A DNA stretch of 64,000 bases from Acidobacteriota bacterium. GTDB lineage: Bacteria > Acidobacteriota > Terriglobia > Versatilivoradales > Versatilivoraceae. The stretch is taken from the NCBI GenBank assembly GCA_040753175.1, contig JBFMEW010000018.1, forward strand, positions 31,347-95,346, given 5' to 3'. A program made the translations under genes and the position numbers. Position 1 is the stretch's first letter. Each line of letters starts with the position of its first letter. Under the pieces are notes generated by a model, which saw only the letters and a list, made by a program, of their open reading frames with translations, had not been told where the DNA came from and did no database searches. Below, piece after piece: positions 49,187-57,618 of the stretch.

Positions 49187-49534
49187 CTAAACCGAATAGG
49201 GCCCTCCCCTGCGTCCCCGAGACGTGGAGAACTCTCGTATTTCAACGATCAGGTTAACGAGCATCCAGACGCCCACCATGAGGGTGACCCAGAAGTTCGC
49301 AGCAGGCGCATTGTCGGGCAGGTTCCAGAGGTAAACCACCATGATCCCCAGGACGATTAGCGAGGCCGCTAGAAAAACAAGATAGCTCAAGGCCGAAATC
49401 AGCTTGCCCACAACGCCCAGGGCTGCTTTTAGGGCCTTCCATCGTCCGCTCGAGAGAAAGCGACCTGTCACCACCCCTACGATGAAGCCGGGCACGGAGA
49501 TCAAGTAGAGCGTTGAGAAATCGAGATTGTTCAC
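49187..49534 (-). CDS. Hypothetical small membrane protein
   Basis: 115 aa with about 3 hydrophobic helices and a GGAGG upstream. Confidence 0.65.
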   Translation of the reverse strand: MNNLDFSTLYLISVPGFIVGVVTGRFLSSGRWKALKAALGVVGKLISALSYLVFLAASLIVLGIMVVYLWNLPDNAPAANFWVTLMVGVWMLVNLIVEIREFSTSRGRRGGPYSV

Positions 49535-49657
49535 GGGTCTTCAGCCTCCAGGGTCGAAAATGAAGTTTGCGAGTCTGGACAAATCTGAAATCTTATAGGC
49601 CTCCACGCTCGATCTCAAAACGAAAAATGGCCAGCGAGCCCAAGCGGTCGGCCCCCT

Positions 49658-50164
49658 TTATTTGCGAAGCGACTCGGTTTTGGAATGAAGGTAAATAAGC
49701 CACTGCCCACTCACCTTCGAAAGGAGCCATACCGCGTCACCATCGATCGCCTGAATGCCTTGCTCCTCGAGAGCGTCGGAGGTCAGCAGGTAGTGGCCTT
49801 CCACAACGGCGGTGGGACCTGACAGTTTGACCGATAACGCCGACAGTCCTAGGTTGAAACTCCTCCCGCTGCGGAAAGTCTCGTGCGCGGAGATCAGAGT
49901 GCGTTCAAGGGACCTCACCTCTCGATGGTTCGCGTTGATTTCGATATACTGGGAGGCGCAGTCGCGATGTAGGAGCATGGGGTCGTGAAGCTTGTAAGCT
50001 TCAACAAGCCGGTCCATGACCTGGCGAACGCTTTCTTCATCAGTTCCAGGGGGAAGGGATTCGACGAAAGAGACCTCTGTTACCGACGCTGAACGCTGGC
50101 CGATAAAGTAGCCGGCCGTGCCGCCTACTAGCAGCACTGCCAGAATATAGAAATATGGCTTCAT
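49658..50164 (-). CDS. NTF2-like (DUF4440/SnoaL-like) membrane-anchored protein
   Basis: N-terminal TM, an initial helix SVRQVMDRLVEAY, and C-terminal LSKVSGQWLIYLHS. Confidence 0.65.
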   Translation of the reverse strand: MKPYFYILAVLLVGGTAGYFIGQRSASVTEVSFVESLPPGTDEESVRQVMDRLVEAYKLHDPMLLHRDCASQYIEINANHREVRSLERTLISAHETFRSGRSFNLGLSALSVKLSGPTAVVEGHYLLTSDALEEQGIQAIDGDAVWLLSKVSGQWLIYLHSKTESLRK

Positions 50165-50423
50165 TGTTTTCTCACCAGTGTGAGCCGTGAGGCTCTCGGC
50201 TTCGAGATGCCGAACTTATCCGGATGGGAAGACTTCTGCCCAATAGTTGTAATCAGGGTAACAGCACGTGACCACAAGCTGAGTGATGATCGCTGTCAAA
50301 CTTCGCGTGGCTGGGTTTTGTTCTTGAACAGAGCAGAGATAACTTAATTTTTTTCAATCGCTTAATTTCACAGTGAAGGACCGAATGGCCTGTCGTCATG
50401 GACTTACATAATGGTTGAGCCTA

Positions 50424-50439
50424 TGGCAGACGGTTTGCA
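50424..50439 (+). promoter_or_regulatory. Sigma-54 (-24/-12) promoter of the peptide-PqqD-kinase-NTase operon
   Basis: TGGCAGACGGTTTGCA versus consensus TGGCAC-N5-TTGCW, ending about 38 nt before the ATG at 50477. Confidence 0.75.
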
Positions 50440-50476
50440 GATTAAAAGCGGCCACGAAACAACGAGGGAGATTACT

Positions 50477-50695
50477 ATGTCCGAGAATCAGAAGCAACAT
50501 GAGAAGGCGGCTCTTTCTTCTGAAAGGCGACGTTTCTTGCGGGTAACTGGAAAGGGCGTGCTTTATGCGGCTCCGGTCATCGTATCCTTCCACTCATCTG
50601 CCCTGCGAGCACAGCAGCTGAGTGGCGGTTCGTGCGCGCCGGAGTCCACCAGCTGCGTTCCTCCCAGCGACCAGCTAGAGACGATCACACAATGA
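50477..50695 (+). CDS. Putative RiPP precursor peptide (72 aa)
   Basis: GAGGGAG RBS. Sequence MSENQKQHEKAALSSERRRFLRVTGKGVLYAAPVIVSFHSSALRA-QQLSGGSCAPESTSCVPPSDQLETITQ carries a YxxPxI RRE-recognition-like motif and lies directly upstream of the PqqD gene. Confidence 0.7.
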   Translation: MSENQKQHEKAALSSERRRFLRVTGKGVLYAAPVIVSFHSSALRAQQLSGGSCAPESTSCVPPSDQLETITQ

Positions 50696-50708
50696 ATTCA
50701 CTATTTGG

Positions 50709-50978
50709 ATGGTGAAGAGTCCAAAGAAAAGACCTGATCTGACTTGTGAGTTGCTTGATGAGGAGCTGGTCATATTTGATCCTCTCCTCAACGTCACCCA
50801 CCGCCTAAATCCCACCGCATCTTTCGTCTTTGATTCCTGTGATGGAACAGCTACGCCTCGAACGATCATCAGGGAGTACGAGGAATTCTTCAACGTTGAT
50901 TCGGACACTGCCGAAAAGGATGTGAATCAGGTTTTGAGCTTGTTACAGCGCCTACGCCTGATCGATCAGTTGTCGTAG
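50709..50978 (+). CDS. PqqD-family RiPP recognition element (stand-alone RRE)
   Basis: 89 aa with LDEELVIFDP...HRLNPTASFVFDSCDG...DVNQVLSLLQRLRLI pattern. Confidence 0.88.
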   Translation: MVKSPKKRPDLTCELLDEELVIFDPLLNVTHRLNPTASFVFDSCDGTATPRTIIREYEEFFNVDSDTAEKDVNQVLSLLQRLRLIDQLS

Positions 50979-50999
50979 TCTACACTGCAAACACTGTGA

Positions 51000-51872
51000 G
51001 TGCCACCCCGGACTATGGGCAGAGCTTTGCACTTTCGCATCGGAATCATCCCCATCACTCTAGAAACAGAGTTTCAGCGTTTTCAAGATGAGTTCCTTGC
51101 ACTCTACGGTCGCTACTTAACTGAAGACGAGCAGGTGAACTCGCTTCGTTTTCAGATAGTTAGACATCGCAAGCGTCCTTGGTCCAGACAACGGTACTTG
51201 ATTCTGGGGGGCCGGGAAGGCTCTTTTGCGGCCGATACCGAAGAAGAGGTACTCCCGCACCTAGAGTGGGCCATTAATTGGCATATCGCATTGTACTGGC
51301 AGGGCTTCTATCAGATCCATGCCTCCATCATTCAATGTGGCCAGCAAGCAGTATTGTTTCCAGGCGTTCCGGGGAGTGGAAAGACCACGCTCTCAGCGGC
51401 TATGCTGGCCTGGGATGCGAGATACTACTCCGATGAAATTGCATTGATCGATCCTCGCACATTGCTTGTCCATCCCTATCCGAAGTGCCTGTGTATCAAG
51501 CAGGGTGCGGTCCCCCTTCTGAAGTCCCTATTTCCCCACCTGGCACTTGAGCCCACCTGGATCAAGAGAACCAAAGGTGCGGTTTGCTTCCTGGATCCCT
51601 GGAAACTCAGTAATGACCCGATCGCCTCTCCCCAACCAATCAGATATGTGCTGTTTCCCAGCTGGAGTCCTGGATCGGCACCAGCTCTTCAGCCCATCAC
51701 GCGTGCAGAGGCGATGTTTGACCTGACTCGCTACTCGTTCAACTTCTTGAACTATAAGAACTCGGCGACCCGATTGCTCGCAAACATCGTTCGCGAGGCG
51801 GAATGCTTCAGGATTCAAGCTGGTGATCTGAATCAAACTTGCAGACTGGTTGTGAACCTGGTCCAGCGATGA
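51000..51872 (+). CDS. HPr-kinase-related Ser/Thr kinase (HprK-related kinase A type; start may be 51015)
   Basis: IHAS...AVLFPGVPGSGKTTL Walker A, then YYSDEIALID and HPYP. Lacks the HprK N-terminal domain. Confidence 0.85.
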   Translation: MPPRTMGRALHFRIGIIPITLETEFQRFQDEFLALYGRYLTEDEQVNSLRFQIVRHRKRPWSRQRYLILGGREGSFAADTEEEVLPHLEWAINWHIALYWQGFYQIHASIIQCGQQAVLFPGVPGSGKTTLSAAMLAWDARYYSDEIALIDPRTLLVHPYPKCLCIKQGAVPLLKSLFPHLALEPTWIKRTKGAVCFLDPWKLSNDPIASPQPIRYVLFPSWSPGSAPALQPITRAEAMFDLTRYSFNFLNYKNSATRLLANIVREAECFRIQAGDLNQTCRLVVNLVQR

Positions 51873-52978
51873 GCGCTGATTTCGACAGGGTCATCACTCT
51901 GCTGTTTAGTGAATTCCCGGTTCCCCATGGTGACTTGGAGAAATTGAACTGGGAGCAAATCGCCAGAAGCTCGCTTGACCTTCGCCTCGCACCTATGCTC
52001 TACGGTGCTTTGGCGCGGAGGAAACTTCTGGCGCATTTGCCACCGGCGCCGGGATTACAGTTGCGAACAGCCTACCTTAGCAATCTGGGCCACAGCATTG
52101 ATTGCATCAGCCTAGCGTCGCAGCTGGTTAAGCTACTGTGCCAATCTGGAGTCGAGGTCATCTTGCTGAAGGGGATTGCCTACGTTCAGGAAATCTACGA
52201 CGATGTCGGCGAGCGAGTCCTCGGAGATTTGGACCTCCTGGTTCCTCCTTCAAAACTGGCAGTCGCAAGGTCTGTTTTGCTGGAGGCCGGTTTGGGGGAG
52301 GAGACTTGCCGAGATTACTCGAGGCACCATCATCTGGCTCCGTTTGTTGCGCCTGGAGGAAGGCGGGTTGAGATCCATCACCACTTGGCTCCCGTTGCTA
52401 ATCCCGTGAGGATCGAGACTGACCCGTTGTGGAATGATTCAGTTCCATCCGCGTTCCTGCCTCCAGCACGACTCCTCAACCCCCTGGATTGCGTTATTCA
52501 CAGCAGCATTCACTTGATCATCAACAGTGCGGTCTCAGGGCAAATCTACCAGCTGATCGACATCAGACGCCTCCTGTCCGTTCATTTTGGGGATCCTGAC
52601 CGCTATAACCAGCTGCTAGACCGGGCTGCAGGAACTGGAACACGGTCATATGTAGAAGAAGCCCTGAGACTTTGCGAGTCAAAACTCTTCCTGAAGATTC
52701 CTTTGCGCTTGCTTGAGCGCCCTGTACCGGTTACTTGGCGGATCTGGCGCCATTTGGCTGGGACGACAATAGCCGGACAACACCTTGGATCGGTGCCACC
52801 TCTGAAGTTCCGGCTGTATGGTGAGGTGCTTGCGCTCCTCCACTTTTTCTGGAACACTTCCTCACTCCGCTCAAGGATCAAGTACGCCATCACGAAGTCG
52901 GTAGCGCTGCTTTGTCATCTCCTGCTGGAGCGATTAAGAGCGTCCCGTCGTGGACCAAGGAAGACTGTGTCATCCTAG
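51869..52978 (+). CDS. Nucleotidyltransferase family protein (NTP_transf_5 type)
   Basis: ILLKGIAY...ERVLGDLDLLV and VEIHHHL motifs. ATGA overlap with the kinase stop codon. Confidence 0.88.
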   Translation: MSADFDRVITLLFSEFPVPHGDLEKLNWEQIARSSLDLRLAPMLYGALARRKLLAHLPPAPGLQLRTAYLSNLGHSIDCISLASQLVKLLCQSGVEVILLKGIAYVQEIYDDVGERVLGDLDLLVPPSKLAVARSVLLEAGLGEETCRDYSRHHHLAPFVAPGGRRVEIHHHLAPVANPVRIETDPLWNDSVPSAFLPPARLLNPLDCVIHSSIHLIINSAVSGQIYQLIDIRRLLSVHFGDPDRYNQLLDRAAGTGTRSYVEEALRLCESKLFLKIPLRLLERPVPVTWRIWRHLAGTTIAGQHLGSVPPLKFRLYGEVLALLHFFWNTSSLRSRIKYAITKSVALLCHLLLERLRASRRGPRKTVSS

Positions 52979-53054
52979 TTCCTTTTTTGAGAAAGAGATT
53001 GCCTCTTTGGTCTTCTCAATTTGAATGTATCTTCGATGCTCACAAGCGGAGTCT

Positions 53055-53129
53055 TAACTCATTGAATAATATGGGTCGAAAAAGCGGACACTTGCAGGAC
53101 TAACGTCTATAACTGGCATTCCAGCTGCA
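53055..53129 (+). promoter_or_regulatory. Putative sigma-54 promoter with IHF-like site upstream of pilZ-domain gene
   Basis: TGGCATTCCAGCTGCA (53114-53129, GG-N10-GC). TAACTCATTGAAT (53055-53067) is the reverse-complement IHF consensus with one mismatch. Confidence 0.6.
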
Positions 53130-53195
53130 GTAAATTCGCGGTATTCTGTGTCTATGTCCTTGTCTCTGCTAGTGTTCCAACCCCCCTGAAGACCT

Positions 53196-53528
53196 ATGGC
53201 ACAAAGCGAGAGGCGACTTCATTACCGTCTTCCCATACGCGTACCGATTTTCCTCAAGGGAATCGACAAAGCGGGCAACGAGTTCTTCGAGCTGACGCAT
53301 ACCATCGATGTGAGCGCCAGCGGGGCTTGTTTTTTGGCGAAGTCTGATGTAGTGGGGCTTGCCGACCTGTTGGTTTCGATTCCAGCACCCGTGGACATCG
53401 ATTCCGGGTCGCCCGACAACTATCAATTCAAGTTCCCGGCGAAGGTAGTGCGCGTAGAGAATGGACTGGTTGGAAGCAACCGAAAGGTATCGGTGCGATT
53501 CTCGAAGCTGTTGTATGAAAAACAGTAA
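53196..53528 (+). CDS. Stand-alone PilZ domain protein
   Basis: ERRLHYR (RxxxR) and DVSASG (DxSxxG) c-di-GMP-binding motifs. Confidence 0.87.
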   Translation: MAQSERRLHYRLPIRVPIFLKGIDKAGNEFFELTHTIDVSASGACFLAKSDVVGLADLLVSIPAPVDIDSGSPDNYQFKFPAKVVRVENGLVGSNRKVSVRFSKLLYEKQ

Positions 53529-53918
53529 CAGATGACCTTGGCCCGTGCCTTTTCGAATGCAAGGCTGCAGACGATATCCCTCTCGGCAATTTCCTGACCC
53601 TCAGGGCGATCTTCGGTCCGTCAGTTAATTCTCCAAGAGTTTCCTCTTCATTTTCCTCTTATTGGTTATTGGATGTCCCAATTATGGAATCTTGATACCC
53701 ATTCCCTAAGTCGAGCCCGCTCACACACGGCGCCGAGTTCACTGTTGGAATCCCAACGGAAAGATTCCTAATTCAATCAAAACAAGCTAGATATGATGGA
53801 AAAGCGTCCGCTCTTTCCAGCGAAGTCATAGGTGGAAGGACTTTTGCTCCTCCCGATCCCGAGCAGAGAAGTTGAATTCTCATTCCGAGCTGCCAAGTTC
53901 GATGATCCAGGAGCGAAC

Positions 53919-54980
53919 ATGGGATCGACAATTCCTCGTGCACTGATATCTGACACCAACGGAAACTCGGTTACCGATGGTCAATCCGGGCTCGACCGCA
54001 ATCAATTCGTGTTTGGGAAGAGCGAGAAAATGAAGGAGGTGGAGAGGATCATCAATCAGGTAGCTGGTGCGGACATCACGGTGCTGATTCGTGGGGAAAG
54101 CGGCACCGGCAAAGAGCTCGTAGCGCGAGAAATATTCCAACGTTCCTTTCGGCGAGACAAACCATTCGTGAAAGTCAATTGTGCCGCCATTCCGGCGGGG
54201 TTGCTGGAGAGCGAGCTGTTTGGTTACGAAAAGGGGTCCTTTACTGGAGCGATAAGTCGCAAGCCTGGAAAGTTTGAGTTTGCGAATCATGGGACCATAT
54301 TCCTTGACGAGATCAGCGAGATGCATCCGTCCCTTCAGGCAAAGTTGCTCCACGTCCTGCAAGACAACGAGTTTAGCCGATTGGGCGGCGACGAGGATGT
54401 GTCAGTCGATGTACGGGTCATTACTGCCACAAACCGCCAGATCGAAAAGGAGCTCCAGAACGGCAATTTCCGGGAGGATCTGTATTATCGAATCAATGTG
54501 GTCAGCATCCATCTTCCTCCTCTTCGCGAACGAAAGGAAGACGTGATCGACTTGTCCAATCATTTTCTCAAGAAGTATTCAGCGTTGTTTGACAAGCGTT
54601 GCACTCCTCTTTCGGACGCCACTCTTAGTTACTTTCTGACTTATGACTGGCCGGGAAATGTCAGGGAGTTGGAGAATCTCATCAAGAAGATCGTGGTGCT
54701 TCAGAACGAAGAACTTGCTGTCCGTGAACTCGGATTGTCCCCGGGACTTAGTGGTGGCGTGGAACAGAAGATGGCAGAGGGAGTAGGGGGGCGCATCTCG
54801 CTCAAAAAAGCTGGTAAACTTGCCGCGCAAGAGGCCGAGAAGAAATTGATTTTGAAGACCTTGTTGGAAACGAGATGGAATCGCAAGAAGGCTGCAGAAC
54901 TCTTGGACATCAGCTACAAGGCGCTGCTATACAAGATCAAGCAGAACGGTCTTAGCAAGAGACGGATATCAATCCCGTAA
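53919..54980 (+). CDS. Sigma-54 enhancer-binding protein lacking an N-terminal sensory domain
   Basis: GESGTGKE, ESELFGYEKGSFTGA, FLDEI, WPGNVRELEN and Fis HTH. Only about 30 aa precede the AAA+ domain. AGGAG RBS. Confidence 0.9.
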   Translation: MGSTIPRALISDTNGNSVTDGQSGLDRNQFVFGKSEKMKEVERIINQVAGADITVLIRGESGTGKELVAREIFQRSFRRDKPFVKVNCAAIPAGLLESELFGYEKGSFTGAISRKPGKFEFANHGTIFLDEISEMHPSLQAKLLHVLQDNEFSRLGGDEDVSVDVRVITATNRQIEKELQNGNFREDLYYRINVVSIHLPPLRERKEDVIDLSNHFLKKYSALFDKRCTPLSDATLSYFLTYDWPGNVRELENLIKKIVVLQNEELAVRELGLSPGLSGGVEQKMAEGVGGRISLKKAGKLAAQEAEKKLILKTLLETRWNRKKAAELLDISYKALLYKIKQNGLSKRRISIP

Positions 54981-55036
54981 CTACTGATGAGTGAACTGAC
55001 AGATCGGTCGGAGCGAATGATCGGAGTAACGAAGCC

Positions 55037-55501
55037 GTGGATGTGCTGAGTCAAGAGGATCTCTTCAAGAGCTTGCTGGAGCTCGAGTTGAAGAGAAGCT
55101 TGCGGTATCAGTATTTCACTTCTCTGTTGATGATTGAGGCCGATTCCGACTTCGCGGACGGTCCGAGTCGCGAGGGGCAGTCCTTCTTGAAGCGACTCAC
55201 CAAGTTTCTGAGGAAAGAGCTACGAGAGACCGATCTCATTGGAGTTCACAGTGAGCGGGTCCTTGCCGTTCTGTTGCTCTACTCTGACAAGAATGGCGCG
55301 CGTAATGTGGCGTCGCGCCTGACTTCCTGGGCCTCGAACTTTGTCGCTTCTCAGCCAAATGGGGGCCGTTCCCATATTCGTCTTGGAGGCGCTTGCTTCC
55401 CGTCGCATGCCACGAATCTGGAGGGGCTCTTCGAAAAGACTTGCGAAATGTTAAACCGCGCAAACTTCGAGCCCGATGGCTGTGTTCAGATCTTGGACTG
55501 A
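55037..55501 (+). CDS. Degenerate GGDEF-fold protein (possible c-di-GMP receptor)
   Basis: LELELKRSLRY..SLLMIEAD, RETD I-site, and GGDEF replaced by a HSERVL segment. GGACFP strand. Confidence 0.72.
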   Translation: MDVLSQEDLFKSLLELELKRSLRYQYFTSLLMIEADSDFADGPSREGQSFLKRLTKFLRKELRETDLIGVHSERVLAVLLLYSDKNGARNVASRLTSWASNFVASQPNGGRSHIRLGGACFPSHATNLEGLFEKTCEMLNRANFEPDGCVQILD

Positions 55502-55533
55502 TGAGTTGTTCATGGGAGGGAGCCTCTGTAGAC

Positions 55534-56178
55534 ATGACCCGAAACCGCAATTCTCAGAAATGGCTATCGCCCATCGTTTGCTGGCTCCTCTTGGTGGTAT
55601 CGCTGATCCCATGCTTTGCAGCCGAAGACGATGCTAATAAACCGGCATCCTCCAAGGAGGAAAGCAAGACGGACGGCCCTCAGCCTGGTCAGGTTGGTGA
55701 GGACTTCGTGATCGGAGCGGGGGATGTTTTAAACATCTTCGTGTGGAAAGAACCGGAGGTGTCCAAGTCCGTTCCGGTACGCCCCGACGGAAAGGTTTCT
55801 TTGCCGCTTATCAACGACGTCCAGGCCAGTGGCCTCACGGCGATGCAGCTCAAAAAAGTTCTTGAAGAAAAGTTGAGCAAATACCTCGCTGAACCGAATG
55901 TCACCGTCACGGTCGAGGCCGTCAACAGCCAGAAAGTGACGATCATGGGAGAGGTGAATAACGCTGGCCCGCGACCCTTGGCAGGCCCAACCCGTGTGAT
56001 GGACATTCTCGCTACCGCGGGTTTCAGTCCTTTTGCAAAGACATCTAAGATCTACATCTTGCGAAATGAGAATGGCAAACAGGAGCGGTTCGACTTTAAT
56101 TATAAGGATTACATCAAGGGCAAGAATGCATCACAAAACATTCTGCTGAAAAGCGGGGACACCATCGTTGTTCCCTAG
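55534..56178 (+). CDS. Polysaccharide export protein (Wza/OPX family)
   Basis: FVIGAGDVLNIFVWKEPEVS..VPVRPDGKVSLPLI PES motif and LKSGDTIVVP. Confidence 0.93.
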   Translation: MTRNRNSQKWLSPIVCWLLLVVSLIPCFAAEDDANKPASSKEESKTDGPQPGQVGEDFVIGAGDVLNIFVWKEPEVSKSVPVRPDGKVSLPLINDVQASGLTAMQLKKVLEEKLSKYLAEPNVTVTVEAVNSQKVTIMGEVNNAGPRPLAGPTRVMDILATAGFSPFAKTSKIYILRNENGKQERFDFNYKDYIKGKNASQNILLKSGDTIVVP

Positions 56179-56194
56179 TCTTTGTTAAATATAG

Positions 56195-57595
56195 GTGGCT
56201 CTCATGAGACTCTCGATGCCTAACAAGCGGGTTCTGGTTGCTGTGGCTCTCTTAGGATACTTGGGACTTAGCCAAGCGTTTGCGCAGCCTGACAGTCAGG
56301 AGCCTCACTCCAGTACGTCTGACAACACGCAACTTCCATCGGCAAAAGCACTGGGCGACGTCTTCTTCAAGTCTCGAGACTCGTTCATCTTTTCTGTGGG
56401 AATTCAGCAATCTGCGACGAACAACCTGTACTTTTCGCCGGTGAGTTTTGTCTCTCAGGGAACCGATGACAATCGCTACTTACCGTTTACCACTCTGACT
56501 TCCCGGGTGGCGTTCCAGAGACAGCTGCCCAGGGCCAGTGTAGGACTTGACTACCAGGCTGCGGGCATCCTCTTTCGAGATCGCGATTCGAGTAGCTTTC
56601 TCACCCAACATGGTGGGATTGATCTTGCTTATCGCGCCAGCCCGCGGTCCACGTTCGCCGTGGGAGACCGAATCTCGGTGACCCCAGCTCCTGGCAGGTT
56701 CTATCAAGGAGACTCGATTTTGTCTCCCTCTTCAGCAGCAATCCTGCCCAACAGTACGCTTTTTGTCAGCCTTAATCGAACTATCAGCAACGCGGCGTAT
56801 GCCTCCTATTCCTACGATCTCAGTCGCCGCAGTCTGATAAGTTTTGGAGCTCAAAATACCATCACTCGTTTCCAGCAGCAGGGTCTGAGCGAGATGAATC
56901 AATCGGGCGGCCATATGGCTTATTCCTACCGCGTGGCCGAGAAGACGACGCTGACGCTGGGCTACCATTTCGCCTACTATGATTTTGCTAATCCTCGTTC
57001 AGCGGATTTCCTTCGTCCGTCAGGCACCGTTGTGCGCAGCCATTGGGCCTACGTAGGTATTACTCAGCGGCTCACCTCCTCGGTCAGCGCTTTTCTCCAG
57101 GCTGGACCGAACTACTTGGTGGGAAATGCGATTGGGGAATTGGGGACATTCTCCGGACGGCCCGGCGTGAGGGTCAGCGTCAACGGCGGGTTGATCTTCA
57201 GTGAGGCGATTGCGTTGGATCCGAGAACCTTCTTCTCGATTTCTGCGGGGCAAACCATTTCAGATGGCTACGGCCTGGGTGCGGTAACCGAGACGCAGCA
57301 AGCTGGGGTCTCGCTCGGGAGACGCCTCACCAAGACACTGACCGGCTCTGTCAATGGGAGCTACGCTCGTAATCGATTCCTGCTCAACACTGACGAGCGG
57401 GGTAAACCGATCACGACCAACGGGGTATCTGGTGGAGCGAATCTGAGCCTCAACCTGACTGAACGAGTGAACCTCTTTGCGAATCACACGTACTTTAGGC
57501 AGCTTTCGACTGGCTTCTACTCTGTAATCCCAGGCCGCGCCTCGGGAAACACGTTCACAGTCGGATTGAACTACAGCTTGGCCAAGTTCTTTTAG
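56195..57595 (+). CDS. Putative outer-membrane beta-barrel protein of EPS locus
   Basis: Signal peptide, alternating aromatic-rich beta strands, and C-terminal Phe. Located between the wza-like and chain-length genes. Confidence 0.72.
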   Translation: MALMRLSMPNKRVLVAVALLGYLGLSQAFAQPDSQEPHSSTSDNTQLPSAKALGDVFFKSRDSFIFSVGIQQSATNNLYFSPVSFVSQGTDDNRYLPFTTLTSRVAFQRQLPRASVGLDYQAAGILFRDRDSSSFLTQHGGIDLAYRASPRSTFAVGDRISVTPAPGRFYQGDSILSPSSAAILPNSTLFVSLNRTISNAAYASYSYDLSRRSLISFGAQNTITRFQQQGLSEMNQSGGHMAYSYRVAEKTTLTLGYHFAYYDFANPRSADFLRPSGTVVRSHWAYVGITQRLTSSVSAFLQAGPNYLVGNAIGELGTFSGRPGVRVSVNGGLIFSEAIALDPRTFFSISAGQTISDGYGLGAVTETQQAGVSLGRRLTKTLTGSVNGSYARNRFLLNTDERGKPITTNGVSGGANLSLNLTERVNLFANHTYFRQLSTGFYSVIPGRASGNTFTVGLNYSLAKFF

Positions 57596-57618
57596 ATTGT
57601 CGGAGACCCTTTCTTCCT

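Noticed and set aside
50411-50476. Longer 94-aa start for the precursor ORF
   Set aside because: The sigma-54 motif lies within this stretch, and a good RBS precedes the ATG at 50477.
50477-52978. Classical lasso peptide or PQQ biosynthesis cluster
   Set aside because: No lasso cyclase or B2 peptidase, and no conserved Thr(-2)/Gly1 junction. No pqqB/C/E genes and no ExxxY PqqA motif.
53538-53556. Sigma-54-like TGGCCCGTGCCTTTTC upstream of the activator gene (similarly TGGCATCGTCTTTAC near 17013)
   Set aside because: Both lack the conserved -12 GC dinucleotide.
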